A stretch of DNA of 64,000 nt from Escherichia coli. GTDB lineage: Bacteria; Pseudomonadota; Gammaproteobacteria; Enterobacterales; Enterobacteriaceae. The translations under genes and the position numbers were made by a program. Shown here piece after piece: positions 1 to 11,077 of the stretch. The notes beneath the pieces were generated by a model. The model searched no databases, had not been told where the DNA came from, and saw only the letters and a list, made by a program, of their open reading frames with translations. The stretch's first letter is position 1; every line of letters starts with the position of its first letter. The stretch lies in NCBI RefSeq assembly GCF_030013205.1, contig NZ_CP122648.1. One strand, given 5' to 3'.

Positions 1-1762
1 GCGTCCAGTAGGCGGTCAGATGTCCGGTTTTCACGCTGTAGTCGGTGAATTTCATCATATCTTTTGCACTACGCCAGTCGCGCTGTTTAACGTAGTTGGC
101 ATCCAGACCAAACGCCCAGTTGCTGTCCAGCGGGCGATACAACACTTCTGCCCCCGCACCGCCAAACATGGTTTCGAGATAACCTCCGTAGACCTGGCCG
201 TAGAAGCCGTTGCCCAGATGCTGGAAGTAGTTGGCTTGCAGGTTATTCACATAGACATCGTTCTGCACATACTCGCGCACATGGGTACGAACGCGCGGTA
301 AGTGCGAGTCCTGCGGTGGATTAGTGTAGTTAAACTTGTCGTAGTTGTTGGCAAGGTTAGCGAACAGGCTGCCGGTGGTCAGCAGATGGTCCGTCAGCCA
401 CAAATCTGTCGTTCCCATCACGCCCAGCTGATACATGTAAAAGTTTTCCGGGCCACCGACCGACTGGTTCAGCACCGGATCGATATGGAAATCAAAGCGT
501 GATTTGTCGATATACCAGCCCTGCTCGGTGGACTGCGGAACCACTGGCTCGACGCGTTTTTGCGCCAGCGTCGTTTCGTGGCCCAACGGCTCTCCGGCGA
601 GATGATTTTTCAGGCTGGCGACATCGGTTTCCGTCGTCACCTGCGGCATGTTAAGGCGATTTTCCGTAATGCGGATCGTTTTGATCCCATCCGGCAGATC
701 GTTCATCACGATCCGATTAGCACGGATGATCCCTTCACGCGAATCACGATATTTCACCTGCTCGCCGGTGACATACAGCGTATCGCCTTTCGCCTGGATC
801 TGTGGATCGGCAAGTCCGGCATTGTATTTCAACAGCGTTAACTGATTCGCCACCACCGAATGCTGCAAAATGGCATCCTGTGGCTGCGGTTGATATTGCG
901 GGCGGGCGTTATCGTTGTAGGACGGGCGCAGATCGTTAAAGTTGGTGCGCAGCGTGACGCCAAACATAAAGGTGTTGCCACGTTCATAGCTAAGGTTAAC
1001 GTCGGCCCAATCGGTAACGCGATAAATCGCCCCGACGTTAAACTTACTTTTTTGCTCCAGCTTCCCGGCAAAATCCTGCTGATAATTATTACCTTCATAC
1101 TCCAGTTTCAGGCGCAGCGGTTGCCAGGGCGTCTGGTATTCCACGCCGCCAAACAGTGAGGTCGGGCCGTGGAACATCTGGCTACCGTCGATAGATCCCG
1201 CCTGTTTGTAGCTGTTATCGCGATAGCAAAATTTATCACTGGCTGAACAGAGCGGATTTTTCACATTACCGCTGGTGCCCAGATATCCCCAGCCCAGGCC
1301 GAGCGTAAAATCGAACGGCCCCCAGGCTTTGCTGGCAACAAGATATTCCGCATCAAACAGCCCCGTACCGCCGATATCCCGCGCACCAACCGCCACTTGC
1401 GGCAGCCAGTAACTCTCTTCCCACAAACGCAGTTTGAGATCGAAGGCTTTATCTTTATACGTTTGATCACCAGAGAACGCTTCGACGCTGCTGTACTGCC
1501 GGGTGCGCACATCGGTATAGCGCAGCGTTGTTTCCAGCCACGGGAAGAGTTGCACTGAAGCTGAGTAATAACGGTACTGATCGTTATCGCGATAGTTCAA
1601 ACTCAACTCCCCTTCCCGCGCCATGCGGGCGGTAGGCGTTTGTAATAATCCTACGCCACCGAAATCCGACTGCGACGGACCAATGGGCGCAGGATATGTT
1701 TCGCCGTAGCAAGCTGTGCTAATGCCCAGCGCCAGTAAGCTAAGCAGATGTCTTTTTTTCAT
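1..1762 (-). CDS. yjbH: YjbH, 5' part (about 587 codons in window; 3' end lies beyond position 1); outer-membrane protein of the yjbEFGH exopolysaccharide operon
   Basis: ATG at 1760-1762 on minus strand overlaps yjbG stop; hand translation ([20 protein letters not shown]...) stays open to the window edge; operon context. Confidence 0.75.
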   Translation of the reverse strand, partial: MKKRHLLSLLALGISTACYGETYPAPIGPSQSDFGGVGLLQTPTARMAREGELSLNYRDNDQYRYYSASVQLFPWLETTLRYTDVRTRQYSSVEAFSGDQTYKDKAFDLKLRLWEESYWLPQVAVGARDIGGTGLFDAEYLVASKAWGPFDFTLGLGWGYLGTSGNVKNPLCSASDKFCYRDNSYKQAGSIDGSQMFHGPTSLFGGVEYQTPWQPLRLKLEYEGNNYQQDFAGKLEQKSKFNVGAIYRVTDWADVNLSYERGNTFMFGVTLRTNFNDLRPSYNDNARPQYQPQPQDAILQHSVVANQLTLLKYNAGLADPQIQAKGDTLYVTGEQVKYRDSREGIIRANRIVMNDLPDGIKTIRITENRLNMPQVTTETDVASLKNHLAGEPLGHETTLAQKRVEPVVPQSTEQGWYIDKSRFDFHIDPVLNQSVGGPENFYMYQLGVMGTTDLWLTDHLLTTGSLFANLANNYDKFNYTNPPQDSHLPRVRTHVREYVQNDVYVNNLQANYFQHLGNGFYGQVYGGYLETMFGGAGAEVLYRPLDSNWAFGLDANYVKQRDWRSAKDMMKFTDYSVKTGHLTAYWT

Positions 1763-2499
1763 TATTGAGGTATCCGCTGCGTCAGAGTCTGAAGAATGTC
1801 GGCGTTAAGGGCATCAGGCGTCTCACTCCAGACGGAGTCCGCGAGGCCAACATAAATAATGCTGCCGGGCATCGGCTCTACGTGACGCTTGTTCCAGTAA
1901 GCCACCGGCGCTTTTTGCGTGCGTCCGTCCGGGTAAACCACCCACGCGTAGCTGCGATCCGCACTGCTAAGCAGGTTCTGGCCGGAGAGATAGCTTGCGA
2001 CGTCGCGACCTGGAGTGAATGGCTGCTTGCCAGGACGGCTGATAAGCCCGAATAACGTGACCGTGGACGGCGGTGGTCCGACCCACAGCGTGTAGTTGCC
2101 CTGCAACGGCGGGTTACCGCGTTCAGCAACGCGGACGATATCGGGATCAAGATTGATTTTTTGCCTGCCCGTCACCTTCAACGCCTGAATTTGCTGGCGT
2201 AAGGCGTTAATGGCGGCGGCATCGTCAGCGCTGGAGTCTGCGGCCAGTTCTGCCAGCCGTGTCAGCAACGCCTGCTGCTGACGCAATGCTGCCGCCGTTG
2301 CCAGCTCTTCGCTAATCACCGCACCGGGCCACCAACTGTTTGCCAGCCGTGGTTGGCCTACCAGATCGATTAAATGCTCTGCACCCGTCAGCGTTTTGGC
2401 CTCACTGCTGCCATTGCTGAACACCTTGACGGTTCCTGCCGCGAAGACCGATGACGCCCCCACACTCAAAATCAATGCGACAATAGTTTGTTTAATCAT
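1762..2499 (-). CDS. yjbG: YjbG, exported protein of yjbEFGH operon
   Basis: 245-aa ORF with N-terminal signal peptide ([20 protein letters not shown]); position between yjbF and yjbH. Confidence 0.8.
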   Translation of the reverse strand: MIKQTIVALILSVGASSVFAAGTVKVFSNGSSEAKTLTGAEHLIDLVGQPRLANSWWPGAVISEELATAAALRQQQALLTRLAELAADSSADDAAAINALRQQIQALKVTGRQKINLDPDIVRVAERGNPPLQGNYTLWVGPPPSTVTLFGLISRPGKQPFTPGRDVASYLSGQNLLSSADRSYAWVVYPDGRTQKAPVAYWNKRHVEPMPGSIIYVGLADSVWSETPDALNADILQTLTQRIPQ

Positions 2500-3134
2500 T
2501 GTTTTGCCGCCTTGATGAGAGTGGTTTTCACCGGGAAATAATCCGCGCCGAGATACTGTTCCGACTGGCGAATTTGCCCTTCGCTGTCGATCCAGTAGCG
2601 GTTATGCCAGCGCGCCTGGTCGGTGGAGACTTCTTCGTCCAGCACGCGAACCGGGGTTTCATCGCTGCCGACTTTGACGGTATCGGTGCCATCCCATTTG
2701 AAGACTGAGCGTGCGGTGGCGTAGCGTACCTGCTGGTACTCGGTCCAGCCCATCGTGCGCGTCCATGTTGCACCATCAACAATTTGTGCGGGTTTAATCA
2801 GCGGGTCGGCGGCAAGGTTATTCACGTCAATCAGGTTGTCGCCGCCAAGCAAAGTCTTCACCAGACGACCATGTTGTGTGACGAGAGTGGCCTGATCCTG
2901 AGTGACCCATTTTTGTTGTCCGTCTTCAGCAAAGGCCAGCACCACAAACAATTGCGGCCCGCCATTAAGCTGCATGTACTGGCTGGCGTAGGGCATATTT
3001 TGAATATCATCGTCCGTCAGCTGTACGCCTGGCGTGCCGAACAGACTGTCCCACAGCGAATTGCCCAGCTCTTTAGTCGTGGCTGAACAGGCCTGTAATA
3101 GCAGGCAGATAAGAATGAGTGCAGGTCGCTTCAC
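2496..3134 (-). CDS. yjbF: YjbF lipoprotein
   Basis: ORF 2496-3164; lipobox LLQAC; likely GTG start giving MKRPALILICLLLQACS (start coordinate uncertain by about 10 codons). Confidence 0.7.
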   Translation of the reverse strand: MKRPALILICLLLQACSATTKELGNSLWDSLFGTPGVQLTDDDIQNMPYASQYMQLNGGPQLFVVLAFAEDGQQKWVTQDQATLVTQHGRLVKTLLGGDNLIDVNNLAADPLIKPAQIVDGATWTRTMGWTEYQQVRYATARSVFKWDGTDTVKVGSDETPVRVLDEEVSTDQARWHNRYWIDSEGQIRQSEQYLGADYFPVKTTLIKAAKQ

Positions 3135-3247
3135 GACTCTTCTCCAGAGGGGCAGAATAACCACACCGGAGTGTGGTTATGGTAAATCCCTTCATACTTC
3201 AAGCCACAGATGCAATGACTCGAATTATTTTGGGGATACATACTTTA

Positions 3248-3490
3248 TTACTGGGTACTGGTGGTCGTGGTTGTTGTGGTCCCGGTATTAGAACCATCAC
3301 CGCCACCGGTTGCCGCGAGCGCGACACCCACCGCCGAGCTTACGGTGCTGACGCTGGTCGCGGAGGAACTCCCCGCCGAAACCGACGTTGCTGCCGACCC
3401 TGCCGCTTCGCCCACCTGTACAGGTGCAGCCCACGCAGAAATCGCCGCAAGCGCAGATATGGCAAAAATGCCATACAGAACTTTTTTCAT
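3248..3490 (-). CDS. yjbE: YjbE, small secreted Ser/Thr/Gly-rich protein
   Basis: 80-aa ORF with signal peptide and poly-Thr tail ([10 protein letters not shown]); AT-rich Rcs-type regulatory region upstream (3491-3790). Confidence 0.8.
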   Translation of the reverse strand: MKKVLYGIFAISALAAISAWAAPVQVGEAAGSAATSVSAGSSSATSVSTVSSAVGVALAATGGGDGSNTGTTTTTTTSTQ

Positions 3491-3798
3491 AACAATTTCC
3501 CTTCATTGAATGAATGGAGATTTACCCAAAAACATTTCGGGCGGGATCGAGTATACACAACTAAAGCATGCGAATTACGGTGTGGGGAATTAGCGATGGG
3601 GTTTTAGGATAATTGGAATGAATATCAAATATAAGTTTCAACTTATATATAAATAAGATTAAAAATCAAAAAGTTAAAATAGAATCAAAAATAATCAACC
3701 TACGTATTTTCCGAAATCAATCACGATTAAAAATTTATTTTAGGATTAACCTCACAGCATGATTTCCGTTAAATCACAGACAAGGGGATTTATCTGAT

Positions 3799-3830
3799 AA
3801 AAAATGCCGACATAACGTCGGCATTTTTAT
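3799..3830 (-). terminator. Rho-independent terminator downstream of pgi
   Basis: GC hairpin (aaaaatgccgacataacgtcggcattttt) flanked by A/T runs immediately 3' of the pgi stop. Confidence 0.6.
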
Positions 3831-3843
3831 TAAGGTTATTTAA

Positions 3844-5493
3844 TTAACCGCGCCACGCTTTATAGCGGTTAATCAGACCATTGGTCGAGCTATCGTGGCT
3901 GCTGATTTCTTTATCATCTTTCAGCTCTGGCAGAATACGGTTCGCCAGTTGTTTACCCAGCTCCACGCCCCACTGGTCGAAGGTGAAGATGTTCAGAATC
4001 ACGCCCTGAGTAAAGATTTTGTGCTCATACAGCGCAATCAACGCACCCAGGCTGAACGGAGTGATTTCGCGCAGCAGGATGGAGTTGGTCGGGCGGTTAC
4101 CTTCGAACACTTTGAACGGCACCACGTAGTCAAGCGTTGCCGGATCTTTACCCTGATCACGATATTCCTGCTCAACCACTTCGCGGGATTTACCAAACGC
4201 CAGCGCTTCGGTCTGAGCAAAGAAGTTAGACAGCAGTTTCTGGTGATGATCAGAGAGCGGGTTATGGGTGATAGCCGGGGCGATGAAATCGCACGGTACC
4301 ATTTTGGTTCCCTGGTGGATCAGCTGGTAGAACGCGTGCTGACCGTTAGTGCCTGGTTCACCCCAGATAATCGGGCCAGTCTGGTAATTCACGACGTTAC
4401 CGTTACGGTCAACGTACTTACCGTTGGACTCCATATTGCCCTGCTGGAAGTACGCCGCGAAACGGTGCATATACTGGTCATACGGCAGAATCGCTTCAGT
4501 TTCCGCGCCAAAGAAATTGTTGTACCAGATGCCAATCAGCGCCAGTAGTACAGGCAGGTTTTTCTCGGCAGGCGTGGTGGAGAAATGCTTGTCCATCGCG
4601 TGTGCGCCAGAAAGCAGTTCAACGAAGTTATCAAAGCCGATGGAGAGAACAATCGACAGGCCAATCGCTGACCACAAAGAGTAACGGCCGCCAACCCAGT
4701 CCCAGAACTCGAACATGTTGGCAGTATCAATACCAAACTCGCCAACGGCTTTGGCATTGGTTGAGAGCGCCGCAAAGTGTTTTGCAACGTGTTTTTCATC
4801 ACCTGCCGCTTTCAGGAACCAGTCACGCGCGCTATGGGCGTTGGTCATAGTTTCCTGAGTGGTGAAGGTTTTAGAGGCTACCAGGAACAGCGTGGTTTCC
4901 GGGTTTACTTTTTTCAGCACTTCCGCGATGTGAGTCCCATCGACGTTAGAAACAAAGTGCATGTTCAGGTGATTTTTGTACGGACGCAGTGCTTCGGTCA
5001 CCATGTACGGGCCGAGGTCAGAACCACCGATCCCGATGTTCACTACGTCAGTGATTGCTTTGCCGGTATAACCCTTCCACTCACCGGAAATAATCGCTTC
5101 CGAGAAGGTTTTCATCTTCTCCAGCACCGCGTTGACTTCTGGCATTACGTCTTTGCCATCAACCAGAATCGGGGTATTGCTACGGTTACGCAGCGCTACG
5201 TGCAGCACGGCGCGGTTTTCAGTGCGGTTGATCTTCTCGCCAGAGAACATCGACTTAATCGCGCCCGCCAGATCGCACTCTTTCGCCAGATCTTGTAATT
5301 TCGCCAGCGTCTCTTCAGTGATGCGGTTTTTGGAGTAATCCACCAGCATCTGATCGTCGAAGGTTGCGGAGAACTTAGAAAAACGATCGCCGTCTTTAGC
5401 AAAAAGATCGGCGATCGTAACGTCTTTCATTTCATCGAAGTGTTTCTGTAGTGCCTGCCAGGCAGCGGTCTGCGTTGGATTGATGTTTTTCAT
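3844..5493 (-). CDS. pgi: Glucose-6-phosphate isomerase
   Basis: ORF 3844-5499; translation [25 protein letters not shown]... is the phosphoglucose isomerase family; 549 aa from third Met. Confidence 0.95.
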   Translation of the reverse strand: MKNINPTQTAAWQALQKHFDEMKDVTIADLFAKDGDRFSKFSATFDDQMLVDYSKNRITEETLAKLQDLAKECDLAGAIKSMFSGEKINRTENRAVLHVALRNRSNTPILVDGKDVMPEVNAVLEKMKTFSEAIISGEWKGYTGKAITDVVNIGIGGSDLGPYMVTEALRPYKNHLNMHFVSNVDGTHIAEVLKKVNPETTLFLVASKTFTTQETMTNAHSARDWFLKAAGDEKHVAKHFAALSTNAKAVGEFGIDTANMFEFWDWVGGRYSLWSAIGLSIVLSIGFDNFVELLSGAHAMDKHFSTTPAEKNLPVLLALIGIWYNNFFGAETEAILPYDQYMHRFAAYFQQGNMESNGKYVDRNGNVVNYQTGPIIWGEPGTNGQHAFYQLIHQGTKMVPCDFIAPAITHNPLSDHHQKLLSNFFAQTEALAFGKSREVVEQEYRDQGKDPATLDYVVPFKVFEGNRPTNSILLREITPFSLGALIALYEHKIFTQGVILNIFTFDQWGVELGKQLANRILPELKDDKEISSHDSSTNGLINRYKAWRG

Positions 5494-5734
5494 TAGCAAT
5501 ACTCTTCTGATTTTGAGAATTGTGACTTTGGAAGATTGTAGCGCCAGTCACAGAAAAATGTGATGGTTTTAGTGCCGTTAGCGTAATGTTGAGTGTAAAC
5601 CCTTAGCGCAGTGAAGCATTTATTAGCTGAACTACTGACCGCCAGGAGTGGATGAAAAATCCGCATGACCCCATCGTTGACAACCGCCCCGCTCACCCTT
5701 TATTTATAAATGTACTACCTGCGCTAGCGCAGGC

Positions 5735-5925
5735 CAGAAGAGGCGCGTTGCCCAAGTAACGGTGTTGGAGGAGCCAGTCCTGTGATAACACCTGAGGGGG
5801 TGCATCGCCGAGGTGATTGAACGGCTGGCCACGTTCATCATCGGCTACAGGGGCTGAATCCCCTGGGTTGTCACCAGAAGCGTTCGCAGTCGGGCGTTTC
5901 GCAAGTGGTGGAGCACTTCTGGGTG
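5735..5925 (+). ncRNA. Lysine riboswitch (L-box) in lysC leader
   Basis: Long structured 5' UTR before lysC with conserved AGAGGCGC ... GGAGGAGC and paired segments; known regulation of lysC. Confidence 0.7.
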
Positions 5926-6017
5926 AAAATAGTAGCGAAGTATCGCTCTGCGCCCACCCGTCTTCCGCTCTTCCCTTGTGCCAAGGCTGAAAATGGATCC
6001 CCTGACACGAGGTAGTT

Positions 6018-7367
6018 ATGTCTGAAATTGTTGTCTCCAAATTTGGCGGTACCAGCGTAGCTGATTTTGACGCCATGAACCGCAGCGCTGATATTGTGCT
6101 TTCTGATGCCAACGTACGTTTAGTTGTTCTCTCGGCTTCTGCTGGTATCACTAATCTGCTGGTCGCTTTAGCTGAAGGACTGGAACCTGGCGAGCGATTC
6201 GAAAAACTCGACGCAATCCGCAATATCCAGTTTGCCATTCTGGAACGTCTGCGTTACCCGAACGTTATCCGTGAAGAGATTGAACGTCTGCTGGAGAACA
6301 TTACTGTTCTGGCAGAAGCGGCGGCGCTGGCAACGTCTCCGGCGCTGACAGATGAACTGGTCAGCCACGGCGAGCTGATGTCGACCCTGCTGTTTGTCGA
6401 AATCCTGCGCGAACGCGATGTTCAGGCACAGTGGTTTGATGTACGTAAAGTGATGCGTACCAACGACCGATTTGGTCGTGCAGAGCCAGATGTAGCCGCG
6501 CTGGCGGAACTGGCCTCGCTGCAGCTGCTCCCACGCCTCAATGAAGGCTTAGTGATCACCCAGGGATTTATCGGTAGCGAAAATAAAGGTCGGACAACGA
6601 CGCTTGGCCGTGGAGGCAGCGATTATACGGCAGCCTTGCTGGCGGAGGCTTTACACGCATCTCGTGTTGATATCTGGACCGACGTCCCGGGCATCTACAC
6701 CACCGATCCACGCGTGGTTTCCGCAGCAAAACGCATTGATGAAATCGCGTTTGCCGAAGCGGCAGAGATGGCAACTTTTGGTGCAAAAGTACTGCATCCG
6801 GCAACGTTGCTACCCGCAGTACGTAGCGATATCCCGGTCTTTGTTGGCTCCAGCAAAGACCCACGCGCAGGTGGTACGCTGGTGTGCAATAAAACTGAAA
6901 ATCCGCCGCTATTCCGCGCGCTGGCGCTTCGTCGCAATCAGACTCTGCTCACTTTGCACAGCCTGAATATGCTGCATTCTCGCGGTTTCCTCGCGGAAGT
7001 TTTCGGCATACTCGCGCGGCATAATATTTCGGTAGACTTAATCACCACGTCAGAAGTGAGCGTGGCATTAACCCTTGATACCACCGGTTCAACCTCCACT
7101 GGCGATACCTTGCTGACGCAATCTCTGCTGATGGAGCTGTCTGCACTATGCCGGGTAGAAGTGGAGGAAGGTCTGGCGCTGGTCGCGTTGATTGGCAATG
7201 ACCTGTCAAAAGCCTGCGGCGTTGGCAAAGAGGTATTCGGCGTACTGGAACCGTTCAACATTCGCATGATTTGTTACGGCGCATCCAGCCATAACCTGTG
7301 CTTCCTGGTGCCCGGCGAAGATGCCGAGCAGGTGGTGCAAAAACTGCATTTTAATTTGTTTGAGTAA
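6018..7367 (+). CDS. lysC: Lysine-sensitive aspartokinase III
   Basis: 449-aa ORF MSEIVVSKFGGTSVADFDAMNRSADIVL...; aspartate kinase family plus ACT domains. Confidence 0.95.
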   Translation: MSEIVVSKFGGTSVADFDAMNRSADIVLSDANVRLVVLSASAGITNLLVALAEGLEPGERFEKLDAIRNIQFAILERLRYPNVIREEIERLLENITVLAEAAALATSPALTDELVSHGELMSTLLFVEILRERDVQAQWFDVRKVMRTNDRFGRAEPDVAALAELASLQLLPRLNEGLVITQGFIGSENKGRTTTLGRGGSDYTAALLAEALHASRVDIWTDVPGIYTTDPRVVSAAKRIDEIAFAEAAEMATFGAKVLHPATLLPAVRSDIPVFVGSSKDPRAGGTLVCNKTENPPLFRALALRRNQTLLTLHSLNMLHSRGFLAEVFGILARHNISVDLITTSEVSVALTLDTTGSTSTGDTLLTQSLLMELSALCRVEVEEGLALVALIGNDLSKACGVGKEVFGVLEPFNIRMICYGASSHNLCFLVPGEDAEQVVQKLHFNLFE

Positions 7368-7376
7368 ACACAGTAT

Positions 7377-7413
7377 GGCCCGGAAGACATTATTTCGGGC
7401 CGTATTGTTTTTC
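7377..7413 (+). terminator. Rho-independent terminator after lysC
   Basis: ggcccggaagacattatttcgggcc hairpin followed by a T-run. Confidence 0.6.
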
Positions 7414-7619
7414 TTGTCATTATGCTTATCAATAAACGAGCCTGTACTCTGTTAACCAGCGTCTTTATCGGAGAATAATTGCCTTTAATTTTTTATCTGC
7501 ATCTCTAACTAATTAGAGAAAGAGATAAATAGTTAAGAGAAGGCAAAATGAATATTATCAGTTCTGCTCGCAAACGAATTCCCGTACACTGAACTCTCTG
7601 GCTCACTGAGGGCACCATC

Positions 7620-7892
7620 ATGGCACTCCCCCGTATTACCCAAAAAGAGATGACTGAACGCGAGCAGCGTGAACTAAAAACATTGCTGGATCGCGCGCGG
7701 ATTGCGCATGGTCGCGTGTTGACTAATTCGGAAACCAACAGCATTAAAAAAGAGTACATCGATAAGCTGATGGTTGAGCGTGAAGCAGCAGCAAAAAAAG
7801 CCCGCCAATTGAAGAAAAAGCAGGCTTATAAACCGGATCCTGAAGCGTCATTTAGCTGGTCAGCAAATACGTCGACGCGCGGCAGGCGCTGA
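7620..7892 (+). CDS. yjbD: YjbD, small conserved protein (DUF3811-like)
   Basis: 90-aa ORF, Lys/Glu-rich; position between lysC and rluF. Confidence 0.75.
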   Translation: MALPRITQKEMTEREQRELKTLLDRARIAHGRVLTNSETNSIKKEYIDKLMVEREAAAKKARQLKKKQAYKPDPEASFSWSANTSTRGRR

Positions 7893-8765
7893 TTAACGCC
7901 CCTTCTTTTTACGCCCCGGCGAGGTAAAACGCTTACCGTTGGACGCCGGGCGACCGCCTTTTTCCGCCGTTTTTTCCATCTTAACGACTGGACGTTTGAT
8001 GCCCGCCGTTTTCGGTTTGGCCTTCGTTTTAGGTTTTGCCTCGGAAGAGGAATTTTCGATGAGCTTAAAGAGGTCGATTAACTCATCGTCAGTTAAATCG
8101 CGCCACTCACCCAGCGGAATGCCGCTTAAGCTGACGTTCATAATGCGCGTACGTTCCAGCTTTTTCACTTCGTAACCAAAGTGCTCGCACATGCGCCGGA
8201 TCTGACGGTTCAGCCCCTGCACCAGGGTAATGCGGAAAACAAACGGCGCTTCTTTTTTGACTTTGCACTTTTTCGTCACCGTCCCGAGGATCGGCACCCC
8301 CGCCCCCATACCACGAATAAATTCATCGGTAATCGGTTTATCGACCGTCACCAGATACTCTTTCTCATGATCGTTACCCGCACGGAGGATCTTATTCACC
8401 AGATCGCCGTGATTGGTGAGGAAAATCAGCCCCTGGGAGTCTTTATCCAGGCGGCCAATCGGGAACACGCGTTTGCTGTGGTTAACGAAATCGACAATGT
8501 TATCGCGCTCGCCATCTTCGGTGGTGCTGACAATACCGACGGGCTTGTTCAGGGCGATAAGTACCAAATCTTCGGCTTCCCGAGGCTCAATCAACTGACC
8601 GTTTACTTTCACAACGTCGCCGGGTTTCACCTGATCGCCAATGGTGGCTCGCTTGCCATTAAGGAACACATTGCCTTGCTCGATATAGCGATCCGCTTCG
8701 CGGCGTGAGCAAATTCCGCTTTCGCTGATGTATTTATTTAAACGGACTGATGAGTCGGGCAGCAT
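7893..8765 (-). CDS. rluF: 23S rRNA pseudouridine synthase RluF
   Basis: 290-aa ORF with S4 domain N-terminus and RsuA/RluF-type catalytic motif ([13 protein letters not shown]). Confidence 0.9.
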   Translation of the reverse strand: MLPDSSVRLNKYISESGICSRREADRYIEQGNVFLNGKRATIGDQVKPGDVVKVNGQLIEPREAEDLVLIALNKPVGIVSTTEDGERDNIVDFVNHSKRVFPIGRLDKDSQGLIFLTNHGDLVNKILRAGNDHEKEYLVTVDKPITDEFIRGMGAGVPILGTVTKKCKVKKEAPFVFRITLVQGLNRQIRRMCEHFGYEVKKLERTRIMNVSLSGIPLGEWRDLTDDELIDLFKLIENSSSEAKPKTKAKPKTAGIKRPVVKMEKTAEKGGRPASNGKRFTSPGRKKKGR

Positions 8766-9074
8766 AAATTCTCCTGTAAAACGCGGAATATACCGTACCT
8801 CTTAGCGGGGAAAAACAGGGTTATGCGGCAACGTCGAAATTAAATGTGATCTGCCACGCCTTTTATCACAAAAGTGTCTCCGGAAGTACGATGCAAATTT
8901 GCCTGGCAAAATAAGGATAATCAACATATTACGAATCGCTGCACACCTGTGCTGATGACTACTACGCAGAGAAACAAATGTGCAAGAGAAAGCGCTATTT
9001 CTCCCCATGCAAAGAGTGAAAAATCGCTTTGAAAGGCCCTCATGATGGGGTTATATCAGATCAAGCGGTGAGAA

Positions 9075-9100
9075 AGCGTATTTGCACAAATGTGCAGAAC
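9075..9100. promoter_or_regulatory. Inverted repeat TGCACA-AA-TGTGCA just upstream of sorC; candidate operator
   Basis: Palindrome at 9083-9096, 17 bp before the sorC ATG; related CAAATGTGCA motif at 8975-8984. Confidence 0.3.
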
Positions 9101-9112
9101 CAGGAGGCGGCA

Positions 9113-10060
9113 ATGGAAAACAGTGACGATATCCGTTTGATTGTGAAGATTGCCCAACTCTATTACGAACAGGATATGACGCAGGCGCAAATCGCGCGCG
9201 AACTGGGTATTTACCGCACCACCATCAGCCGCTTGCTTAAACGAGGCCGCGATCAGGGAATTGTCACCATCGCCATCAACTATGACTACAACGAAAATCT
9301 CTGGCTGGAGCAGCAACTGAAGCAAAAGTTTGGCCTGAAAGACGTTGTGGTGGTGTCGGGAAATGATGAGGATGAAGAGACTCAACTGGCGATGATGGGG
9401 TTACACGGCGCGCAACTGCTGGATCGCTTGCTGGAGCCTGGCGATATTGTCGGTTTTTCCTGGGGTCGCGCGGTGAGCGCACTGGTTGAAAACTTGCCGC
9501 AGGCGGGGCAATCGCGGCAGTTAATCTGCGTACCAATTATTGGCGGACCGTCCGGTAAACTCGAAAGCCGCTATCACGTAAACACATTAACCTACAGCGC
9601 GGCAGCGAAGCTGAAAGGGGAATCGCATCTCGCGGATTTTCCGGCTCTGCTGGATAACCCATTAATTCGTAATGGGATCATGCAGTCTCAGCACTTTAAA
9701 ACCATCTCTGCCTACTGGGATAATCTGGATGTCGCCCTGGTGGGAATTGGCTCACCGGCCATTCGCGACGGCGCTAACTGGCATGCGTTTTATGGTGGTG
9801 AAGAGAGTGACGACCTGAATGCCCGCCAGGTTGCTGGCGATATTTGCTCGCGCTTTTATGATATTCACGGCGCAATGGTTGAAACGAATATGAGCGAAAA
9901 AACACTCTCTATCGAAATGAATAAATTAAAGCAGGCGCGGTATTCCATTGGCATTGCCATGAGTGAAGAAAAATACAGCGGAATTGTTGGTGCACTGCGT
10001 GGAAAATATATTAATTGTCTGGTAACGAATAGCAGCACAGCTGAACTATTACTGAAATAA
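9113..10060 (+). CDS. sorC: SorC-family transcriptional regulator of the sorbose operon
   Basis: ORF 9029-10060; start set at MENSDDIRL preceded by AGGAGG; N-terminal HTH (MTQAQIARELGIYRTTISRLLKRGR) plus sugar-binding domain; 315 aa. Confidence 0.8.
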   Translation: MENSDDIRLIVKIAQLYYEQDMTQAQIARELGIYRTTISRLLKRGRDQGIVTIAINYDYNENLWLEQQLKQKFGLKDVVVVSGNDEDEETQLAMMGLHGAQLLDRLLEPGDIVGFSWGRAVSALVENLPQAGQSRQLICVPIIGGPSGKLESRYHVNTLTYSAAAKLKGESHLADFPALLDNPLIRNGIMQSQHFKTISAYWDNLDVALVGIGSPAIRDGANWHAFYGGEESDDLNARQVAGDICSRFYDIHGAMVETNMSEKTLSIEMNKLKQARYSIGIAMSEEKYSGIVGALRGKYINCLVTNSSTAELLLK

Positions 10061-10291
10061 AAATCTTCCCGATGTTTACCGTAATAAAAATTACGGCGGG
10101 TCCCTATTATCTAAAATCAGGAGTCTGTTATGCAAACGTGGTTAAATTTGCAGGATAAAATCATTATCGTCACCGGCGGCGCATCCGGTATTGGTCTGGC
10201 GATTGTAGAGGAATTATTAGCACAAGGCGCAAACGTACAGATGGTCGATATTCACGGTGGCGATGGTCAATATGAAGGTCATAAAGGCTAT

Positions 10292-10300
10292 CAGTTTTGG
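10292..10300. repeat. IS1 target-site duplication, left copy (cagttttgg)
   Basis: 9 bp identical to 11069-11077, immediately flanking the IS1 inverted repeats. Confidence 0.85.
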
Positions 10301-10355
10301 GGTGATGCTGCCAACTTACTGATTTAGTGTATGATGGTGTTTTTGAGGTGCTCCA

Positions 10356-10631
10356 GTGGCTTCTGTTTCTATCAGCTGTCCCTCCTGTTCAGCTACTGAC
10401 GGGGTGGTGCGTAACGGCAAAAGCACCGCCGGACATCAGCGCTATCTCTGCTCTCACTGCCGTAAAACATGGCAACTACAGTTCACTTACGCCGCCTCTC
10501 AGCCCGGTACGCACCAGAAAATCATTGATATGGCCATGAATGGCGTCGGATGTCGCGCCAGTGCACGCATTATTGGCGTTGGCCTCAACACGATTTTCCG
10601 CCACTTAAAAAACTCAGGCCGCAGTCGGTAA
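10356..10631 (+). CDS. insA: IS1 InsA (transposition inhibitor / N-terminal part of InsAB' transposase)
   Basis: 91-aa [46 protein letters not shown]... with zinc-finger cysteines. Confidence 0.95.
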   Translation: MASVSISCPSCSATDGVVRNGKSTAGHQRYLCSHCRKTWQLQFTYAASQPGTHQKIIDMAMNGVGCRASARIIGVGLNTIFRHLKNSGRSR

Positions 10632-11053
10632 CCTCGCGCATACAACCGGGCAGTGATGTGATTGTCTGCGCTGAAATGGACGAACAGTGGGGCTACGTCG
10701 GTGCTAAATCACGTCAGCGCTGGCTGTTTTACGCGTATGACAGGATGCGGAGGACGGTTGTGGCGCACGTCTTCGGTGAACGCACTCTGGCCACACTGGA
10801 GCGTCTTCTGAGCCTGCTGTCGGCCTTTGAGGTCGTGGTATGGATGACGGATGGCTGGCCGCTGTATGAATCACGCCTGAAGGGAAAGCTGCACGTTATC
10901 AGCAAGCGTTATACTCAGCGCATTGAGCGGCATAACCTGAATCTGAGACAACATCTGGCAAGGCTGGGACGGAAGTCACTGTCGTTCTCAAAATCGGTGG
11001 AGCTGCATGACAAGGTCACCGGGCATTATCTGAACATAAAACACTATCAGTAA
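10550..11053 (+). CDS. insB: IS1 InsB (catalytic part of the InsAB' transposase made by -1 frameshift at TTAAAAAACTC)
   Basis: 167-aa ORF in the -1 frame overlapping the insA 3' end; slippery A-run present near 10600. Confidence 0.9.
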   Translation: MSRQCTHYWRWPQHDFPPLKKLRPQSVTSRIQPGSDVIVCAEMDEQWGYVGAKSRQRWLFYAYDRMRRTVVAHVFGERTLATLERLLSLLSAFEVVVWMTDGWPLYESRLKGKLHVISKRYTQRIERHNLNLRQHLARLGRKSLSFSKSVELHDKVTGHYLNIKHYQ

Positions 11054-11068
11054 GTTGGAGTCATTACC

Positions 11069-11077
11069 CAGTTTTGG
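11069..11077. repeat. IS1 target-site duplication, right copy (cagttttgg)
   Basis: Identical to 10292-10300. Confidence 0.85.

Larger units (their letters stand above)
10301..11068 (+). mobile_element. Insertion sequence IS1 (768 bp), complete
   Basis: Terminal inverted repeats GGTGATGCTGCCAACTTACTGAT / ATCAGTAAGTTGGAGTCATTACC; insA and insB ORFs; A6C frameshift motif; 9-bp target-site duplications. Confidence 0.95.

Noticed and set aside
3173-3607. 144-aa and 82-aa plus-strand ORFs overlapping yjbE
   Set aside because: Antisense to the signal-peptide-containing yjbE; Arg/Gly/Cys-rich translations produced by the repetitive Ser/Thr/Ala codons of yjbE
5693-6238. 181-aa minus-strand ORF spanning the lysC leader and 5' end
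   Set aside because: Overlaps the lysine riboswitch and the lysC start on the opposite strand; Ser/Ala/Pro-rich low-complexity translation; no independent support
8802-9008. 68-aa minus-strand ORF in the rluF-sorC intergenic region
   Set aside because: No convincing ribosome-binding site, Cys/Arg-rich composition, and it sits in the likely sorC promoter; treated as non-coding
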